Origin: Candidatus Omnitrophica bacterium UBA6253
Lineage (GTDB): Bacteria > Omnitrophota > Gorgyraeia > Gygaellales > Profunditerraquicolaceae
DNA length: 64,000 bases
Assembly: GCA_002441245.1 (NCBI GenBank)
Contig: DJVP01000001.1
Coordinates: 1,215 to 65,214 of the forward strand
Reading direction: 5' to 3'
The position numbers and the translations under genes were made by a program. Shown here piece after piece: positions 18,032 through 28,596 of this stretch. Under the pieces are notes generated by a model. It was not told where the DNA came from, did no database searches, and saw only the letters and a program-made list of their open reading frames with translations. The first letter of the stretch is position 1. The number at the start of each line of letters is the position of its first letter.

Positions 18032-19615
18032 ATGTATAAAAAAATTATTAGTTTTACGATGGTTTGGTCAATAATTATGGCGAATGTTCTCCTGGCACAA
18101 GATTTTACCTGGGATGATATAAGCAGAGGCAACCACAATGCACAGGTACTTCTGGTTAATCCGCAGGATAGCAGGATTATTTTTGCAGGAATTGCCGGTA
18201 ACATATTGAAGAGTGATGATGCGGGTGAAAGTTGGCGCAGGGTATTAGCTGTTAGGGGCAGATTAAATAAAATCAATGCTTTGGTATTTGATTGTTCTGA
18301 CCGGAATATTGTTTATGCGGCTACCGATAATGGTTTATATCGGAGTAAAGATTTGGGTGAACATTGGGAAAGGATTTTCCTGGGCAAGAATAGCCTTGAG
18401 AAACAATGTGCCACTGTATTGGGCACTTTATGTTTTATTTTTGTCGGGACAAGGGCAGGGCTTTTTATAAGTAAAGATAACGGGCGGAGCTGGCGCAAGG
18501 AGAATGGCCATATCAGCAATGCTGTTGTGTTTAGTATTGATTTTAACTTTAGGCAGGATAAGGTTATTTATTTATCTGCTGATTGCGGTATATTTAAATC
18601 TCTGGATAAGGGTGAAAGCTGGGAGAGGGTTTTTGTAAGTTATTCCAATAAAGATGATGGGCAAATATTTGTTGATACCGAAGAGCCGGATGAATCAGGA
18701 GGGTTGTCTGGTATGGGTTTTATAAGGATTGATATTAATAATGCTGATTGTGTATATTTTTCCAGTTTAAGAGGAGTTTATAAAAGTTTGGATCAAGGAA
18801 GGTCCTGGGTAAAATTAACTGAATACGGTTTATTAAACCGTAACGTGAAGATGTTTTGCCTGTTGGCTGATTCACGGATTTTTGCCCTTACCCAGACAGG
18901 AGTTTTCCTTTATAAAAACGAACGCTGGACAGAGATATCTTTTGATTTGGCTGCAGGAGAATTGAATTATCTTACTTTAGATAATGAAGGTAATATTTAT
19001 GTTGCGGGCGAAAAGGGGATATTTAAAGCCAGCCAGAGAAGTGTTTATAGTATCTTGGGAGATGTTTTAGTACAGGAGTATCTTAAGCATGAGCCGAAAA
19101 TTAGGGATGTGCAGGAGGCAGCAATAAAATACGCTGAAGTAAATCCGGATAAGATATCGCAATGGAGGAGGATGGCGGCAAAAAAAGCGATATTGCCGCA
19201 AGTAAGTATTGGATTAGACCGTAACTCAACTGATCTGTGGCATTGGGAGAGCGGGTCCAGCGCTATCGGTCAGAGCGGAGATGATTTATTGAGGAGGGGT
19301 CGAGATAGTATAGACTGGGATATAACTTTAAGTTGGAATTTAGGCGAGCTTATCTGGAATGATGACCAGACAAGCATTGATGTACGTTCAAAGCTTATGG
19401 TTGAGCTGCGCGATGATATTTTGGATCAGGTAAATAAGCTTTATTTTGAGCGGTTGAGGGTGAAATCTGAACTGGATAACCTGTCTATTGAAGACAGGAA
19501 TAAAAGGTTTGATAAGCAGTTAAAACTGGAGGAGCTGACTGCTTCTCTGGATTCACTTACATCCGGGTATTATTCAGAGCAATCCAAGTTGATTATGTCT
19601 AAGAAACAGGATTAA
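18032..19615 (+). CDS. secreted BNR/Asp-box repeat protein with a C-terminal coiled-coil region
   Basis: A signal peptide (MYKKIISFTMVWSIIMANVLLAQD) is followed by five Asp-box repeats S-x-D-x-G-x-S/T-W: SDDAGESW, SKDLGEHW, SKDNGRSW, SLDKGESW and SLDQGRSW. A GGAGGTG ribosome-binding site precedes the ATG at 18032. Confidence 0.6.
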   Translation: MYKKIISFTMVWSIIMANVLLAQDFTWDDISRGNHNAQVLLVNPQDSRIIFAGIAGNILKSDDAGESWRRVLAVRGRLNKINALVFDCSDRNIVYAATDNGLYRSKDLGEHWERIFLGKNSLEKQCATVLGTLCFIFVGTRAGLFISKDNGRSWRKENGHISNAVVFSIDFNFRQDKVIYLSADCGIFKSLDKGESWERVFVSYSNKDDGQIFVDTEEPDESGGLSGMGFIRIDINNADCVYFSSLRGVYKSLDQGRSWVKLTEYGLLNRNVKMFCLLADSRIFALTQTGVFLYKNERWTEISFDLAAGELNYLTLDNEGNIYVAGEKGIFKASQRSVYSILGDVLVQEYLKHEPKIRDVQEAAIKYAEVNPDKISQWRRMAAKKAILPQVSIGLDRNSTDLWHWESGSSAIGQSGDDLLRRGRDSIDWDITLSWNLGELIWNDDQTSIDVRSKLMVELRDDILDQVNKLYFERLRVKSELDNLSIEDRNKRFDKQLKLEELTASLDSLTSGYYSEQSKLIMSKKQD

Positions 19616-19713
19616 TGGCTTTACCCTAAAAAATCTTGCAATTTTACTGCGTTTGTGATAATTTATTACGACCTACCAATTTATTAACCCTTTTAATGCG
19701 AAGGATTACAGCT

Positions 19714-20034
19714 ATGAGTACGTTACATTTTACGGATGCTAATTTCAAAAAGGAGGTGCTTGAGTCTGCCCAGCCAACCCTGGTTGATTTTTGGGCTAGT
19801 TGGTGCGGTCCATGCAAGATGATTGCGCCTCACATCGATGAATTAGCTAAAGAATATGCAGGGAAGATGAAGATCGGCAAGATAGATGTTGATGCCAATC
19901 CTAAAGTGGCCACTGAATATGGAATAATGTCAATTCCTACCATCGTATTTTTTAAAAACGGAAAGGTTTTAAACCAGATTACCGGAGCAGTTAGCAAGCT
20001 GGATTTAAAGCGTAATATAGAAGAAAACCTTTAA
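19714..20034 (+). CDS. trxA: thioredoxin
   Basis: The WCGPC active site sits in FWASWCGPCKMIAP. The ATG at 19714 gives a protein of about 106 aa. Confidence 0.85.
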   Translation: MSTLHFTDANFKKEVLESAQPTLVDFWASWCGPCKMIAPHIDELAKEYAGKMKIGKIDVDANPKVATEYGIMSIPTIVFFKNGKVLNQITGAVSKLDLKRNIEENL

Positions 20035-21122
20035 TGCGTAAAATCTTTATTGCCGCCACTAAGCAAAATGACGGCAAGACTACGGTTTCTTTGGGTATAA
20101 TCAAAAATCTGCAGGAGAAATTCGGCAAAGTAGGCTTTATCAAGCCTATTGGCCAGCGCTATCTCGAAGAAGAAGGTTTAAAAATTGATGAGGATTCTAT
20201 CCTCATCGAAGAGGTTTGTGGGATAAAATCCGGGCTCAAAGATATGAGCCCGATTGCGGTGGAAAAAGGTTTTACTGAAAAATATATTATGAAGCCGGAC
20301 AGAAGAAATATTTCCGGTCAAATTCAGGATTCCTTCCGCAGGATTTCTAGAAACCAGGAATTAGTGGTAATTGAAGGCACGGGGCATGCAGGGGTTGGTT
20401 CGGTGTTCGACCATTCCAATGCTTCTGTTGCCAAGCTTTTAGGCTCAAAAGTAATTATTATTTCTTCCGGTGGAGTTGGCCGACCGATTGATGAGATTAT
20501 TTTGAACAAAGCTCTTTTTGAAAAAGAAGGAGTTAAGGTCCTGGGGGTAATTGTAAATAAAGTTTTGCCGGTTAAGTTTGATAAGATAAACCGCCTGGTA
20601 AGAAAAGGTCTGGAAAGAAAAGGCATCGATGTTTTAGGTGTTCTGCCTTTTAATCCCATGCTTGCACGGCCTACGTTCGAACAGATTTTAGAAGAAACGG
20701 ATTTTCAGGTAATTTGTGGGAATGAGTATTTGGAGCGTTCTGTCGCCAAAGTGATTGTCGCGGCAATGGAGGCGCGCGATGCGGCGCGCTATATCAGCGA
20801 GGATAGCCTTATGATTACTCCCGGCGACCGGGAAGATATGATTATCTGTGGTCTTAGTAACTTTAGGGATGCCAGCAATAATAAGTTGAAAATTAGCGGG
20901 ATGATTTTAACCGGCGGTATTACTCCCGAACCGCCGATAATGAACCTTTTGTCTAAAGCCCGGATACCTATTTTGTTAGCCAAATCAGATACTTATGATG
21001 TGGCTACTTGCGTGCATGACCTGACCGTGAAGATCCGCCCATGCGATAAAGATAAAATTGATACGGTAATTAAATTAATTAAGGAGAATGTTGATTTTAA
21101 GAAAATCTTGAAAGGAATTTAA
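20034..21122 (+). CDS. Pta N-terminal-domain homologue (CobQ/AAA_26 plus DRTGG-like), encoded separately from the catalytic domain
   Basis: MRKIFIAATKQNDGKTTVSLGIIKNLQEKFGKVGFIKPIGQ resembles the N-terminal regulatory domain of long Pta proteins. The gene ends in TAA, and the next gene starts 2 nt later in a different frame. Confidence 0.6.
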   Translation: MRKIFIAATKQNDGKTTVSLGIIKNLQEKFGKVGFIKPIGQRYLEEEGLKIDEDSILIEEVCGIKSGLKDMSPIAVEKGFTEKYIMKPDRRNISGQIQDSFRRISRNQELVVIEGTGHAGVGSVFDHSNASVAKLLGSKVIIISSGGVGRPIDEIILNKALFEKEGVKVLGVIVNKVLPVKFDKINRLVRKGLERKGIDVLGVLPFNPMLARPTFEQILEETDFQVICGNEYLERSVAKVIVAAMEARDAARYISEDSLMITPGDREDMIICGLSNFRDASNNKLKISGMILTGGITPEPPIMNLLSKARIPILLAKSDTYDVATCVHDLTVKIRPCDKDKIDTVIKLIKENVDFKKILKGI

Positions 21123-21123
21123 A

Positions 21124-22053
21124 ATGGATGCGATTAACCGGATTCGAAATCTTGCCAAAAGAAAGCTTATGACAATTGTCCTGCCGGAGTATGGGGATAA
21201 AAGGACTATTGAGGCTGCGCATATTGTGCAACAGGAGAAAATAGCCAACCCGTTGGTTTTAACTCCTGATATGATTGATAAAAATCAATTGGATGGTTAC
21301 ATTCAGGAGTATTATAAATTATACCAGTCTAAGGATATCAGTTTGGATACAGTAAAGAAACTTTTTTCAGATAATCTTTATTATGCGGCGATGATGACCC
21401 GCCACGGCGAGGCTGATGGCCTGGTTGCAGGGGCAATTCATACTACCGCGGATGTTACCCGTGCCTGTATACGCTGTATCGGTTTGGACGAGCGGTTTAC
21501 TATTGCTTCAAGTTGTTTTATTATGGATCTTCCGGGTAATCAGTACGGGGATAATGGGACATTTATTTATGCGGATTGCGGGGTTATCCCCGATCCCAAC
21601 GCCCGGCAATTATCCTGTATTGCCTTAACTGCTGCAGAATTGGCAGGTAAAGTACTGGATATTACCCCGCGCATAGCTTTTTTAAGTTATTCTACCAAGG
21701 GATCTGCTAAAACAAAATCCGCGGAAAAAATAGCTGAGGCCCTAGCCTTGCTTAAAGCTCAATCACCCGGTATATTAGCTGATGGAGAATTACAGGCAGA
21801 TGCGGCAATCGTGCCGGAAGTAGCCAGGATAAAATGTCCGGATAGCCCGATTAACGGAAAAGCAAATGTGCTTATTTTCCCTAATCTGGAAGCTGGCAAT
21901 ATCAGCTATAAACTTTCACAGCGGCTTAGCGGTTGCCGGGCAATCGGGCCGTTGTTCCTAGGTTTAAACAAACCGGCAAGTGATCTATCCCGGGGTTGTT
22001 TTGCCCAGGATATCGTTGATAGCGTGGCGGTTTCGGCAATAAGGGCGCAATAA
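21124..22053 (+). CDS. pta: phosphate acetyltransferase, catalytic PTA_PTB domain
   Basis: The 309 aa protein has conserved PTA motifs (GLVAGA, ADCGV, SYSTKGS, FPNLEAGNISYKL). Confidence 0.8.
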   Translation: MDAINRIRNLAKRKLMTIVLPEYGDKRTIEAAHIVQQEKIANPLVLTPDMIDKNQLDGYIQEYYKLYQSKDISLDTVKKLFSDNLYYAAMMTRHGEADGLVAGAIHTTADVTRACIRCIGLDERFTIASSCFIMDLPGNQYGDNGTFIYADCGVIPDPNARQLSCIALTAAELAGKVLDITPRIAFLSYSTKGSAKTKSAEKIAEALALLKAQSPGILADGELQADAAIVPEVARIKCPDSPINGKANVLIFPNLEAGNISYKLSQRLSGCRAIGPLFLGLNKPASDLSRGCFAQDIVDSVAVSAIRAQ

Positions 22054-23117
22054 TGAAGATATTAGTAATTAACAGCGGAAGTTCGTCTATTAAGTATAAG
22101 CTTTTTGATATGCCGGGAGAGCGTTTGATTTTAAAAGGCGCGCTTGAGCATATAGGAGAAAAGGGGTCTAAATTTGCTGACCATTATTCCGGTTTAAAAA
22201 CTATCCTAGAGAAATTTGATTCTGTCGAGGCCGTGGGCCATCGGGTAGTACATGGCGCGGAAAAGTTTAAGAAGCCAGCGGTTGTTAATCAAAAGGTGAT
22301 AAATGGAATTAAAGAATGTTGTGCTATTGCTCCTTTGCATAACCCGGCTAATTTATCCGGAATACTTGCCTGTAAAAAGCTTTTGCCAGGGGTAAAACAG
22401 GTTGTTGTTTTTGACACGGCGTTTCATCAAAGCATTCCTGTCCATGCTTATATATATGGCCTGCCATATGACTATTACCAGAAGCTTAAAGTAAGAAAGT
22501 ATGGTTTTCATGGTACTAGCCACGAATATGTTGCCGCAGAAGCCAGCAGGATACTCAACAAACCGCTTAATAAGTTAAAATTGATTAGTTGCCATTTAGG
22601 CAATGGTTGTAGCATTACTGCTATAAATAAGGGCAAATCTGTAGATACGAGTATGGGTTTTACGCCTTTAGAGGGCTTAGTTATGGGCACTCGTTGCGGG
22701 GATGTTGATCCTGCTTTAGTTACCCATATTATGTGTAAGAATAAAATAAATGCCCGGGATATGGAAAATATTCTTAATAAAGAAAGTGGTTTGAGGGGGA
22801 TATCCGGGATCAGCAATGATATGCGTTTTCTTGAAGAAAAGGCTAAGGCAGGGAATTGGCGTGCCAGGCTTGCTATAGATATATTTGTTTACCGTATCAG
22901 GAAATACATCGGCGCCTACTTGACAGTTTTGGGTGGGTTGGATGTTTTGATATTTACCGCAGGGATAGGAGAGAATCAACCAAGTATCAGGGGCAATATT
23001 TGCCGGGGATTGTTTAATTATTTGGAAAAAAAGCCAAAGATTATGGTCATCCCTACAAATGAAGAGCTGATGATTGCACGCCAGACTTATAAATTGATTA
23101 ATCCCCCGCGTTTATAA
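22053..23117 (+). CDS. ackA: acetate kinase
   Basis: The N-terminus MKILVINSGSSSIKYKLFDM, the region VGHRVVHGAEKF, HLGNG and the C-terminal TNEELMIAR are all AckA hallmarks. The protein is somewhat short at 354 aa. Confidence 0.85.
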   Translation: MKILVINSGSSSIKYKLFDMPGERLILKGALEHIGEKGSKFADHYSGLKTILEKFDSVEAVGHRVVHGAEKFKKPAVVNQKVINGIKECCAIAPLHNPANLSGILACKKLLPGVKQVVVFDTAFHQSIPVHAYIYGLPYDYYQKLKVRKYGFHGTSHEYVAAEASRILNKPLNKLKLISCHLGNGCSITAINKGKSVDTSMGFTPLEGLVMGTRCGDVDPALVTHIMCKNKINARDMENILNKESGLRGISGISNDMRFLEEKAKAGNWRARLAIDIFVYRIRKYIGAYLTVLGGLDVLIFTAGIGENQPSIRGNICRGLFNYLEKKPKIMVIPTNEELMIARQTYKLINPPRL

Positions 23118-23156
23118 TAGTTTGCGCGGGCATGGCCTTATGGGCAAGGAGATGAA

Positions 23157-23507
23157 ATGTTGAGGACTATGCTGAAATCCAAGATTCACAGGGCAACAGT
23201 GACTGATGCCAATCTCTATTATGAAGGAAGCATTACTATTGATGCGGATCTAATCAGGGCAGCGGATATATTGGAGTATGAAAAAGTGGAGGTATTTAAC
23301 CTTAATAACGGACATCGTATCGAAACATATGTGATAAAAGGTAAATCCGGAAGCGGTGTAGTTTGTTTGAATGGCCCGGCTGCCCGGGGAGCCTGCCCGG
23401 GAGACCAGGTAATCATTGTTTCTTATGTTTTTCTTGAAGACAAGCTGACAAAGAAAAATAAACCAAAAATTGTAAAAGTAAATGCCAGAAACCAGATTAA
23501 AGATTAA
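23157..23507 (+). CDS. panD: aspartate 1-decarboxylase
   Basis: [29 protein letters not shown] carries the pyruvoyl-forming G-S site, and the 116 aa size fits. Confidence 0.85.
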   Translation: MLRTMLKSKIHRATVTDANLYYEGSITIDADLIRAADILEYEKVEVFNLNNGHRIETYVIKGKSGSGVVCLNGPAARGACPGDQVIIVSYVFLEDKLTKKNKPKIVKVNARNQIKD

Positions 23508-23994
23508 TATATTCGGTGATTCCGTATTGAGGAAAAAGGCAAAATTAGTTAAAGAGGTTACTGCTGAATACCGAAAGACCTTGACTTTAATGGCCGAGTC
23601 CATGTATGAACACTCCGGGATTGGGTTGGCTGCTCCGCAAGTTGGGATGAGCGTGCAGTTAATTGTCGTAGATATCGGGGAAGGACTTTATAAGTTAGTT
23701 AATCCTAAAATTGTTAAACGGCAGGGTAGCCAGGCTATACAGGAAGGCTGTCTTAGCGTCCCGGGAGCATGCGTAAAAGTTAAGCGATCAAAACAGATTT
23801 GGGTTGAGGCGCTTGATGAAAATAATCGCGCGGTAAGAATAGAAGCCAAAGATCTCTTTGCTTGTGTTTTACAGCATGAGATTGATCATTTGGAAGGTAA
23901 GCTTATAGTTGATTATGCATCTTTTTTAGATAAGTTAAGAATTAAAAGAAAATTGGCGGTATTGAAAAGAGACGCCAAGACCCGTAAATTGTAG
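23482..23994 (+). CDS. def: peptide deformylase
   Basis: The three Def motifs are present: [18 protein letters not shown] and QHEIDHLEG. The annotated start overlaps the panD 3' end by 26 nt. Confidence 0.8.
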   Translation: MPETRLKINIFGDSVLRKKAKLVKEVTAEYRKTLTLMAESMYEHSGIGLAAPQVGMSVQLIVVDIGEGLYKLVNPKIVKRQGSQAIQEGCLSVPGACVKVKRSKQIWVEALDENNRAVRIEAKDLFACVLQHEIDHLEGKLIVDYASFLDKLRIKRKLAVLKRDAKTRKL

Positions 23995-24015
23995 CTTTAG
24001 CGAGGTTTTTAAATA

Positions 24016-24927
24016 ATGCATGATTTAATTATTATCGGGGCCGGTCCAGCAGGGCTTACTGCTGCTCTCTATGCCGGACGCAGCAGGCTGGATACGATCT
24101 TAATTGAGAAAATGGCTCCTGGCGGCAGGATCTTGATGAGCGAGGGTATTGAAAATTATCCTGGCTTTCCTGGCGGAGTCTCTACTATTGAATTGATCAA
24201 TCGTATGGAGAAGCAGGTTAGAGATTTGGGCGTAAAGATCCAGAGCGATGAAGTGTTGGATTTAGATTGTGTAAATAAGGCAATTACAGCTTCCAGCGGT
24301 ACGTATACGGCCAAGGCGGTTATTGTTGCCAGCGGTGCTCATTCGCGTAAATTAAATATCCCTGGAGAAAAAGAATTTACCGGCAGAGGGGTTTCTTATT
24401 GTGCTACTTGCGACGCGCCTTTTTATAAAGAAAAGAAGGTGGTGCTTGTGGGCGGCGGGAATGCGGTTGCCGAAGAGGCTATATATCTTAGCCGTTTTGC
24501 CAGTTCGGTCAGCGTGGTCCATCGCCGTCAGGATTTGAGGGCCTCTGCGATATTGCAGGAAAAAATGCAGCAGGATAAGAAGATCAACTTTATTCTAAGC
24601 AGTCTGGTTACCGAGATTATGGGGGGTAAAAAAGTTGAAGCGGTAAAATTGAAGGATTTATTGACTGGCAAGGAAAATAGTTTTTCCTGCGACGGTGTTT
24701 TTATTTATATCGGTTATGAGCCGGAGACAGTATTTTTAAAAGGTAAAATCCAGATGGATGATGCAGGTTTTATCATCACAGATGATTCTATGTTTACTTC
24801 AGTTGAAGGTATATTTGCCTGCGGCGATTGCCGTAAGAAGAGTTTATATCAGGTGATAAACGCCTGTGGCGATGGTGCAGTGGCAGCTGATTCTGCATAT
24901 AAATTTATTGCGAATAGGAGTAATTAA
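24016..24927 (+). CDS. trxB: thioredoxin-disulfide reductase
   Basis: The protein has IIGAGPAGLTAALYA for FAD binding, the CATC redox centre (CATCDAPF) and GGGNAVAEEA for NADPH binding. Confidence 0.85.
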   Translation: MHDLIIIGAGPAGLTAALYAGRSRLDTILIEKMAPGGRILMSEGIENYPGFPGGVSTIELINRMEKQVRDLGVKIQSDEVLDLDCVNKAITASSGTYTAKAVIVASGAHSRKLNIPGEKEFTGRGVSYCATCDAPFYKEKKVVLVGGGNAVAEEAIYLSRFASSVSVVHRRQDLRASAILQEKMQQDKKINFILSSLVTEIMGGKKVEAVKLKDLLTGKENSFSCDGVFIYIGYEPETVFLKGKIQMDDAGFIITDDSMFTSVEGIFACGDCRKKSLYQVINACGDGAVAADSAYKFIANRSN

Positions 24928-26724
24928 ATGGAATGTTTCCCCACGACAAATAATAAATTAATTGATTGGGTGAATAAAATGAGTAAGCTTTGCGAGCCCA
25001 AAGCTATTGTTTGGATTGACGGGTCTGAGGAGCAGAGATTGACCCTTGAAAAAGAATGCGTTGCTTCGGGTGAATTGTTGCGCTTGAATAAAGAAAAATT
25101 ACCAGGTTGCTTCCTGCATCGCACTGCCCACGACGATGTTTCCCGTACTGAACATTTGACCTTTATCTGTACTAAGAAAAAACACGATGTAGGCCCTAAT
25201 AATAATTGGATGCCTCCGGCTAAGGCGTATCAGAAGGCAAGGTCTATATTTAAGGGGGCTATGGCTGCAAGAACCATGTATGTAATTCCGTTTTCCATGG
25301 GGCCGGTAGGCTCACCTTTTAGTAAAATTGGCGTAGAGTTGACCGATTCCCGTTATGTTGTGCTGAATATGTTGATTATGGCTCGTTGCGGTAACGCCGT
25401 TTTAAGACAGCTGGAAAAGGACAATGATTTTACTAGATGTCTGCATTCAAAGGCGCAGTTGGATATTAATAAAAGATTAATTTTGCATTTTCCAGAAGAT
25501 AATACAATTTGGAGCGTAGGTTCCGGATATGGAGGCAATGTACTTTTGGGCAAGAAATGCCTTTCCCTGCGTATTGCCAGTTATGTTGCCAGGAAAGAAA
25601 AGTGGATGGCCGAACATATGCTGATTATGGGCATTGAGGAGCCTAATGGGCATGTTGAGTATATAGCTGCGGCTTTTCCCAGTGCCTGCGGCAAAACAAA
25701 CCTAGCGATGCTAGTTCCTCCTGAAGGGCTTAAGCAGAAAGGTTACCGCATCTGGACATTAGGGGATGATATTTCTTGGATGCGCGTTGATTCTGACGGT
25801 TCACTTTGGGCGATAAATCCTGAGACTGGTTTCTTCGGCGTTGCCCCTGGCACGAACTCTAAAGCAAATCCTAATATGGTAGAAACAATTAAAAGCAATA
25901 CCATTTATACAAATGTGCTTTTGAAACCGGATAATACAGTTTGGTGGGAAGGATCTGACGGGGAAATTCCCAGCCAGGGGATAGACTGGAAAGGTAACCC
26001 CTGGAAACCAAATATGAAAGATGCGCAGGGGAATATAATAAAAGGCGCACACGCAAATGCGAGATTTACCGCTCCTATTGCGAATTGCCCATCTGCTTCG
26101 TTTAGATTAGAGCAGCATCACGGGGTGCCGATTTCGGCAATTATATTTGGCGGTAGGCGCCAACATGTAGCCCCACTGGTATATGAGTCATTTAATTGGC
26201 AGCATGGAGTATTTGTAGGAGCGACTATGGGGTCAGAATTGACCGCGGCCCAGGTTGGTAAAATCGGGCAGGTGCGCAGGGACCCTATGGCTATGTTGCC
26301 TTTTTGCGGCTACAATATGGCCGATTATTTCAGGCATTGGTTATATATGGGTAAGCTTATGGCCAAGCCGCCAAAGATTTTTCATGTTAACTGGTTTAAG
26401 ACAGATGAACACGGCAGGTTTCTTTGGCCGGGTTTTTGCGAGAACTTAAGAATATTGGAGTGGATATTAGATCGTTGCAACAATAAAGTAAATGCCATGG
26501 AAACTCCTATTGGTTATCTTCCTTATCCCTTCGATATTGATATGACCGGATTAAATCTTTCTTCAGACGCATTAGAAAAACTGCTTAAGGTTGAGAAGCT
26601 TGAGTGGCTAGAAGAGCTAAGAGGGGTGAATAAATTCTTTGGTGATTTTAAAAGGGATCTGCCTAAAGAACTTTGGAATGAGTATGATGCATTAATGGAG
26701 AGATTGAGAAAGCATGGGAAATGA
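24928..26724 (+). CDS. pckG: phosphoenolpyruvate carboxykinase (GTP-dependent)
   Basis: The kinase-1a region [15 protein letters not shown] is present, along with GDDISWMRV, and the 598 aa size fits. Confidence 0.9.
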   Translation: MECFPTTNNKLIDWVNKMSKLCEPKAIVWIDGSEEQRLTLEKECVASGELLRLNKEKLPGCFLHRTAHDDVSRTEHLTFICTKKKHDVGPNNNWMPPAKAYQKARSIFKGAMAARTMYVIPFSMGPVGSPFSKIGVELTDSRYVVLNMLIMARCGNAVLRQLEKDNDFTRCLHSKAQLDINKRLILHFPEDNTIWSVGSGYGGNVLLGKKCLSLRIASYVARKEKWMAEHMLIMGIEEPNGHVEYIAAAFPSACGKTNLAMLVPPEGLKQKGYRIWTLGDDISWMRVDSDGSLWAINPETGFFGVAPGTNSKANPNMVETIKSNTIYTNVLLKPDNTVWWEGSDGEIPSQGIDWKGNPWKPNMKDAQGNIIKGAHANARFTAPIANCPSASFRLEQHHGVPISAIIFGGRRQHVAPLVYESFNWQHGVFVGATMGSELTAAQVGKIGQVRRDPMAMLPFCGYNMADYFRHWLYMGKLMAKPPKIFHVNWFKTDEHGRFLWPGFCENLRILEWILDRCNNKVNAMETPIGYLPYPFDIDMTGLNLSSDALEKLLKVEKLEWLEELRGVNKFFGDFKRDLPKELWNEYDALMERLRKHGK

Positions 26725-27607
26725 GGTCTTATTAAAAACTGAGTTTAGCGACCTTAAGCTTTTTCGCAGAGGCAAGGTGAGGGATGTTTATGATTTAGGG
26801 GATAAGCTTTTGATTGTCTCTACTGACCGTATATCTTGTTTTGACGTAGTCTTGCCTTCCGGTATACCGTGTAAGGGTAAGGTTTTAACCAGTATATCTG
26901 TTTTCTGGTTTGATTTCATCAGGGATGTAATTGAAAACCACCTGATAACGGTGGATGTAGAGGAATACCCACCTGAATTAAAGAAGTATAAAAATGATCT
27001 AGCCGGCCGTTCGATGTTGGTTTTAAAAACCAAGCCCTTACCGGTTGAGTGTGTGGTAAGGGGGTATCTTTCCGGTTCAGGCTGGAAAGAGTATAAGCGG
27101 AAACAATCAATTTGCGGAATAAACCTGCCTGCGGGGTTAAGAGAGTCAGATAAGCTTCCCGAAGTTATTTTTACTCCATCAACCAAAGCTGATGTTGGGC
27201 ACGATGAGAATGTCAATCAGGATTACGTTGAAGGTTTGGTTGGTTGGGATATAGCAGGGAAATTAAAGAAAGCAAGCATGGAAATCTATAATCGGGCAAG
27301 CGATTATGCTTTGCAAAGAGGAATTATTATTGCAGATACGAAGTTTGAATTTGGAATTTATGATAATCGGATTATTATCATTGATGAGGTACTTACTCCT
27401 GACTCATCGCGTTTCTGGCCGGTTGAAGGTTATCGTCCAGGCCAACCGCAGCTTAGTTTTGATAAACAATTTGTGCGGGATTATTTAGAGACATTGGAAT
27501 GGAATAAGACTTCGCCTGCGCCGGCGCTACCTGAGGGGATAATTGCCAGGACGACGGGGAAATACCTGGATGCATATCATAAATTATCCGGTAAAGAGCT
27601 TAAATAA
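26714..27607 (+). CDS. purC: phosphoribosylaminoimidazole-succinocarboxamide synthase
   Basis: The SAICAR synthetase motifs [25 protein letters not shown] and [11 protein letters not shown] are present. Confidence 0.85.
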   Translation: MGNEVLLKTEFSDLKLFRRGKVRDVYDLGDKLLIVSTDRISCFDVVLPSGIPCKGKVLTSISVFWFDFIRDVIENHLITVDVEEYPPELKKYKNDLAGRSMLVLKTKPLPVECVVRGYLSGSGWKEYKRKQSICGINLPAGLRESDKLPEVIFTPSTKADVGHDENVNQDYVEGLVGWDIAGKLKKASMEIYNRASDYALQRGIIIADTKFEFGIYDNRIIIIDEVLTPDSSRFWPVEGYRPGQPQLSFDKQFVRDYLETLEWNKTSPAPALPEGIIARTTGKYLDAYHKLSGKELK

Positions 27608-27609
27608 AA

Positions 27610-28596
27610 ATGTTAAAATTTAAAAAGGTACTATCGGTATTGTTGAGAATTGTCATTAGTGCTGTATTACTGTTTGTTTTGTTTAAGTTCAATAAGATTG
27701 ATTTTAGCGCTTTGATGAATGATATAAAAGATGCGAATAGGATTTTCTTGGCAGTCGGGTTTATATTTATTCCACTTGTAAATATACTTGGTTTCTTGCG
27801 TTGGAAGATGCTGCTTAAATCGGCTGGAATCATTATCCCCTTAAAAAAGCTAATCAGCGCTTTTTGCGGAGGAATTTTCTTTAGTATTTTTCTTCCTTCC
27901 ACTATTGGAGGTGACTTGGTCAAGGCCGTGGATTTAGTCTCTCATACTCAAAAAGCTAAACAGGTTATTGCTACGGTTTTTCTGGACCGGCTGAGTGGCT
28001 ATATAGGGTTAGTGCTTGTGGTTTTGCCTGCTATTATGTTAGGGGGCCCGCTTATAGAAGATAAGATAGTCTATTTTTCGGTTGCTATAATTGTTATTAT
28101 GCTGATTATTGTTCTCCTGCTTTTATTTAACAGCTTTATATATAACAGGATAACCAGGTTTTTATCTGTGCCGGGTGCGGGTAAGATTAGAGAGGCGATT
28201 AAAGATATGCATCGGGAAATCCATGTTTTTCGTAATCATAAGAAGATGATTGTTGCTAACTTGTCCCTGTCATTGCTTATCCAGGCCCTTTTTCCTGTAA
28301 GCGCTTATTTTGTTGGCCTTTCTTTGGGGGTAAGAATAGACCTTATCTATTTTCTTATTTTTCTGCCCATAATCGGCGCGATCACATTACTTCCAGTTTC
28401 CATGGGGGGCCTAGGTTTAAGAGAAGGTTTATATGTAGTTTATTTTGCCAAGGCCGGAGTAATAAAACAACTAGCTTTAGCGATGTCTCTTTTATCGTTT
28501 TCTTTTATCGTTTTTTCTGGGGCCATAGGAGGGATTATTTATGTCCTTACAGTACATCATCGACGCCTACAACATAATCAACCACCCGCAGTTTAG
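27610..28596 (+). CDS. flippase-like/UPF0104 (lysylphosphatidylglycerol-synthase TM region-like) membrane protein
   Basis: The protein has about eight predicted TM helices. Its overall pattern of length, GGDLVKAVD and a C-terminal Gly-rich TM matches the YbhN/TIGR00374 family. Confidence 0.5.
   Translation: MLKFKKVLSVLLRIVISAVLLFVLFKFNKIDFSALMNDIKDANRIFLAVGFIFIPLVNILGFLRWKMLLKSAGIIIPLKKLISAFCGGIFFSIFLPSTIGGDLVKAVDLVSHTQKAKQVIATVFLDRLSGYIGLVLVVLPAIMLGGPLIEDKIVYFSVAIIVIMLIIVLLLLFNSFIYNRITRFLSVPGAGKIREAIKDMHREIHVFRNHKKMIVANLSLSLLIQALFPVSAYFVGLSLGVRIDLIYFLIFLPIIGAITLLPVSMGGLGLREGLYVVYFAKAGVIKQLALAMSLLSFSFIVFSGAIGGIIYVLTVHHRRLQHNQPPAV

Noticed and set aside
21416-21628. A 70-aa + strand ORF in an alternative frame inside pta, and similar internal small ORFs such as 26255-26449 and 18276-18470
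   Set aside because: They are nested in an alternate frame of well-supported genes, hydrophobic and of junk composition, and are typical six-frame noise.
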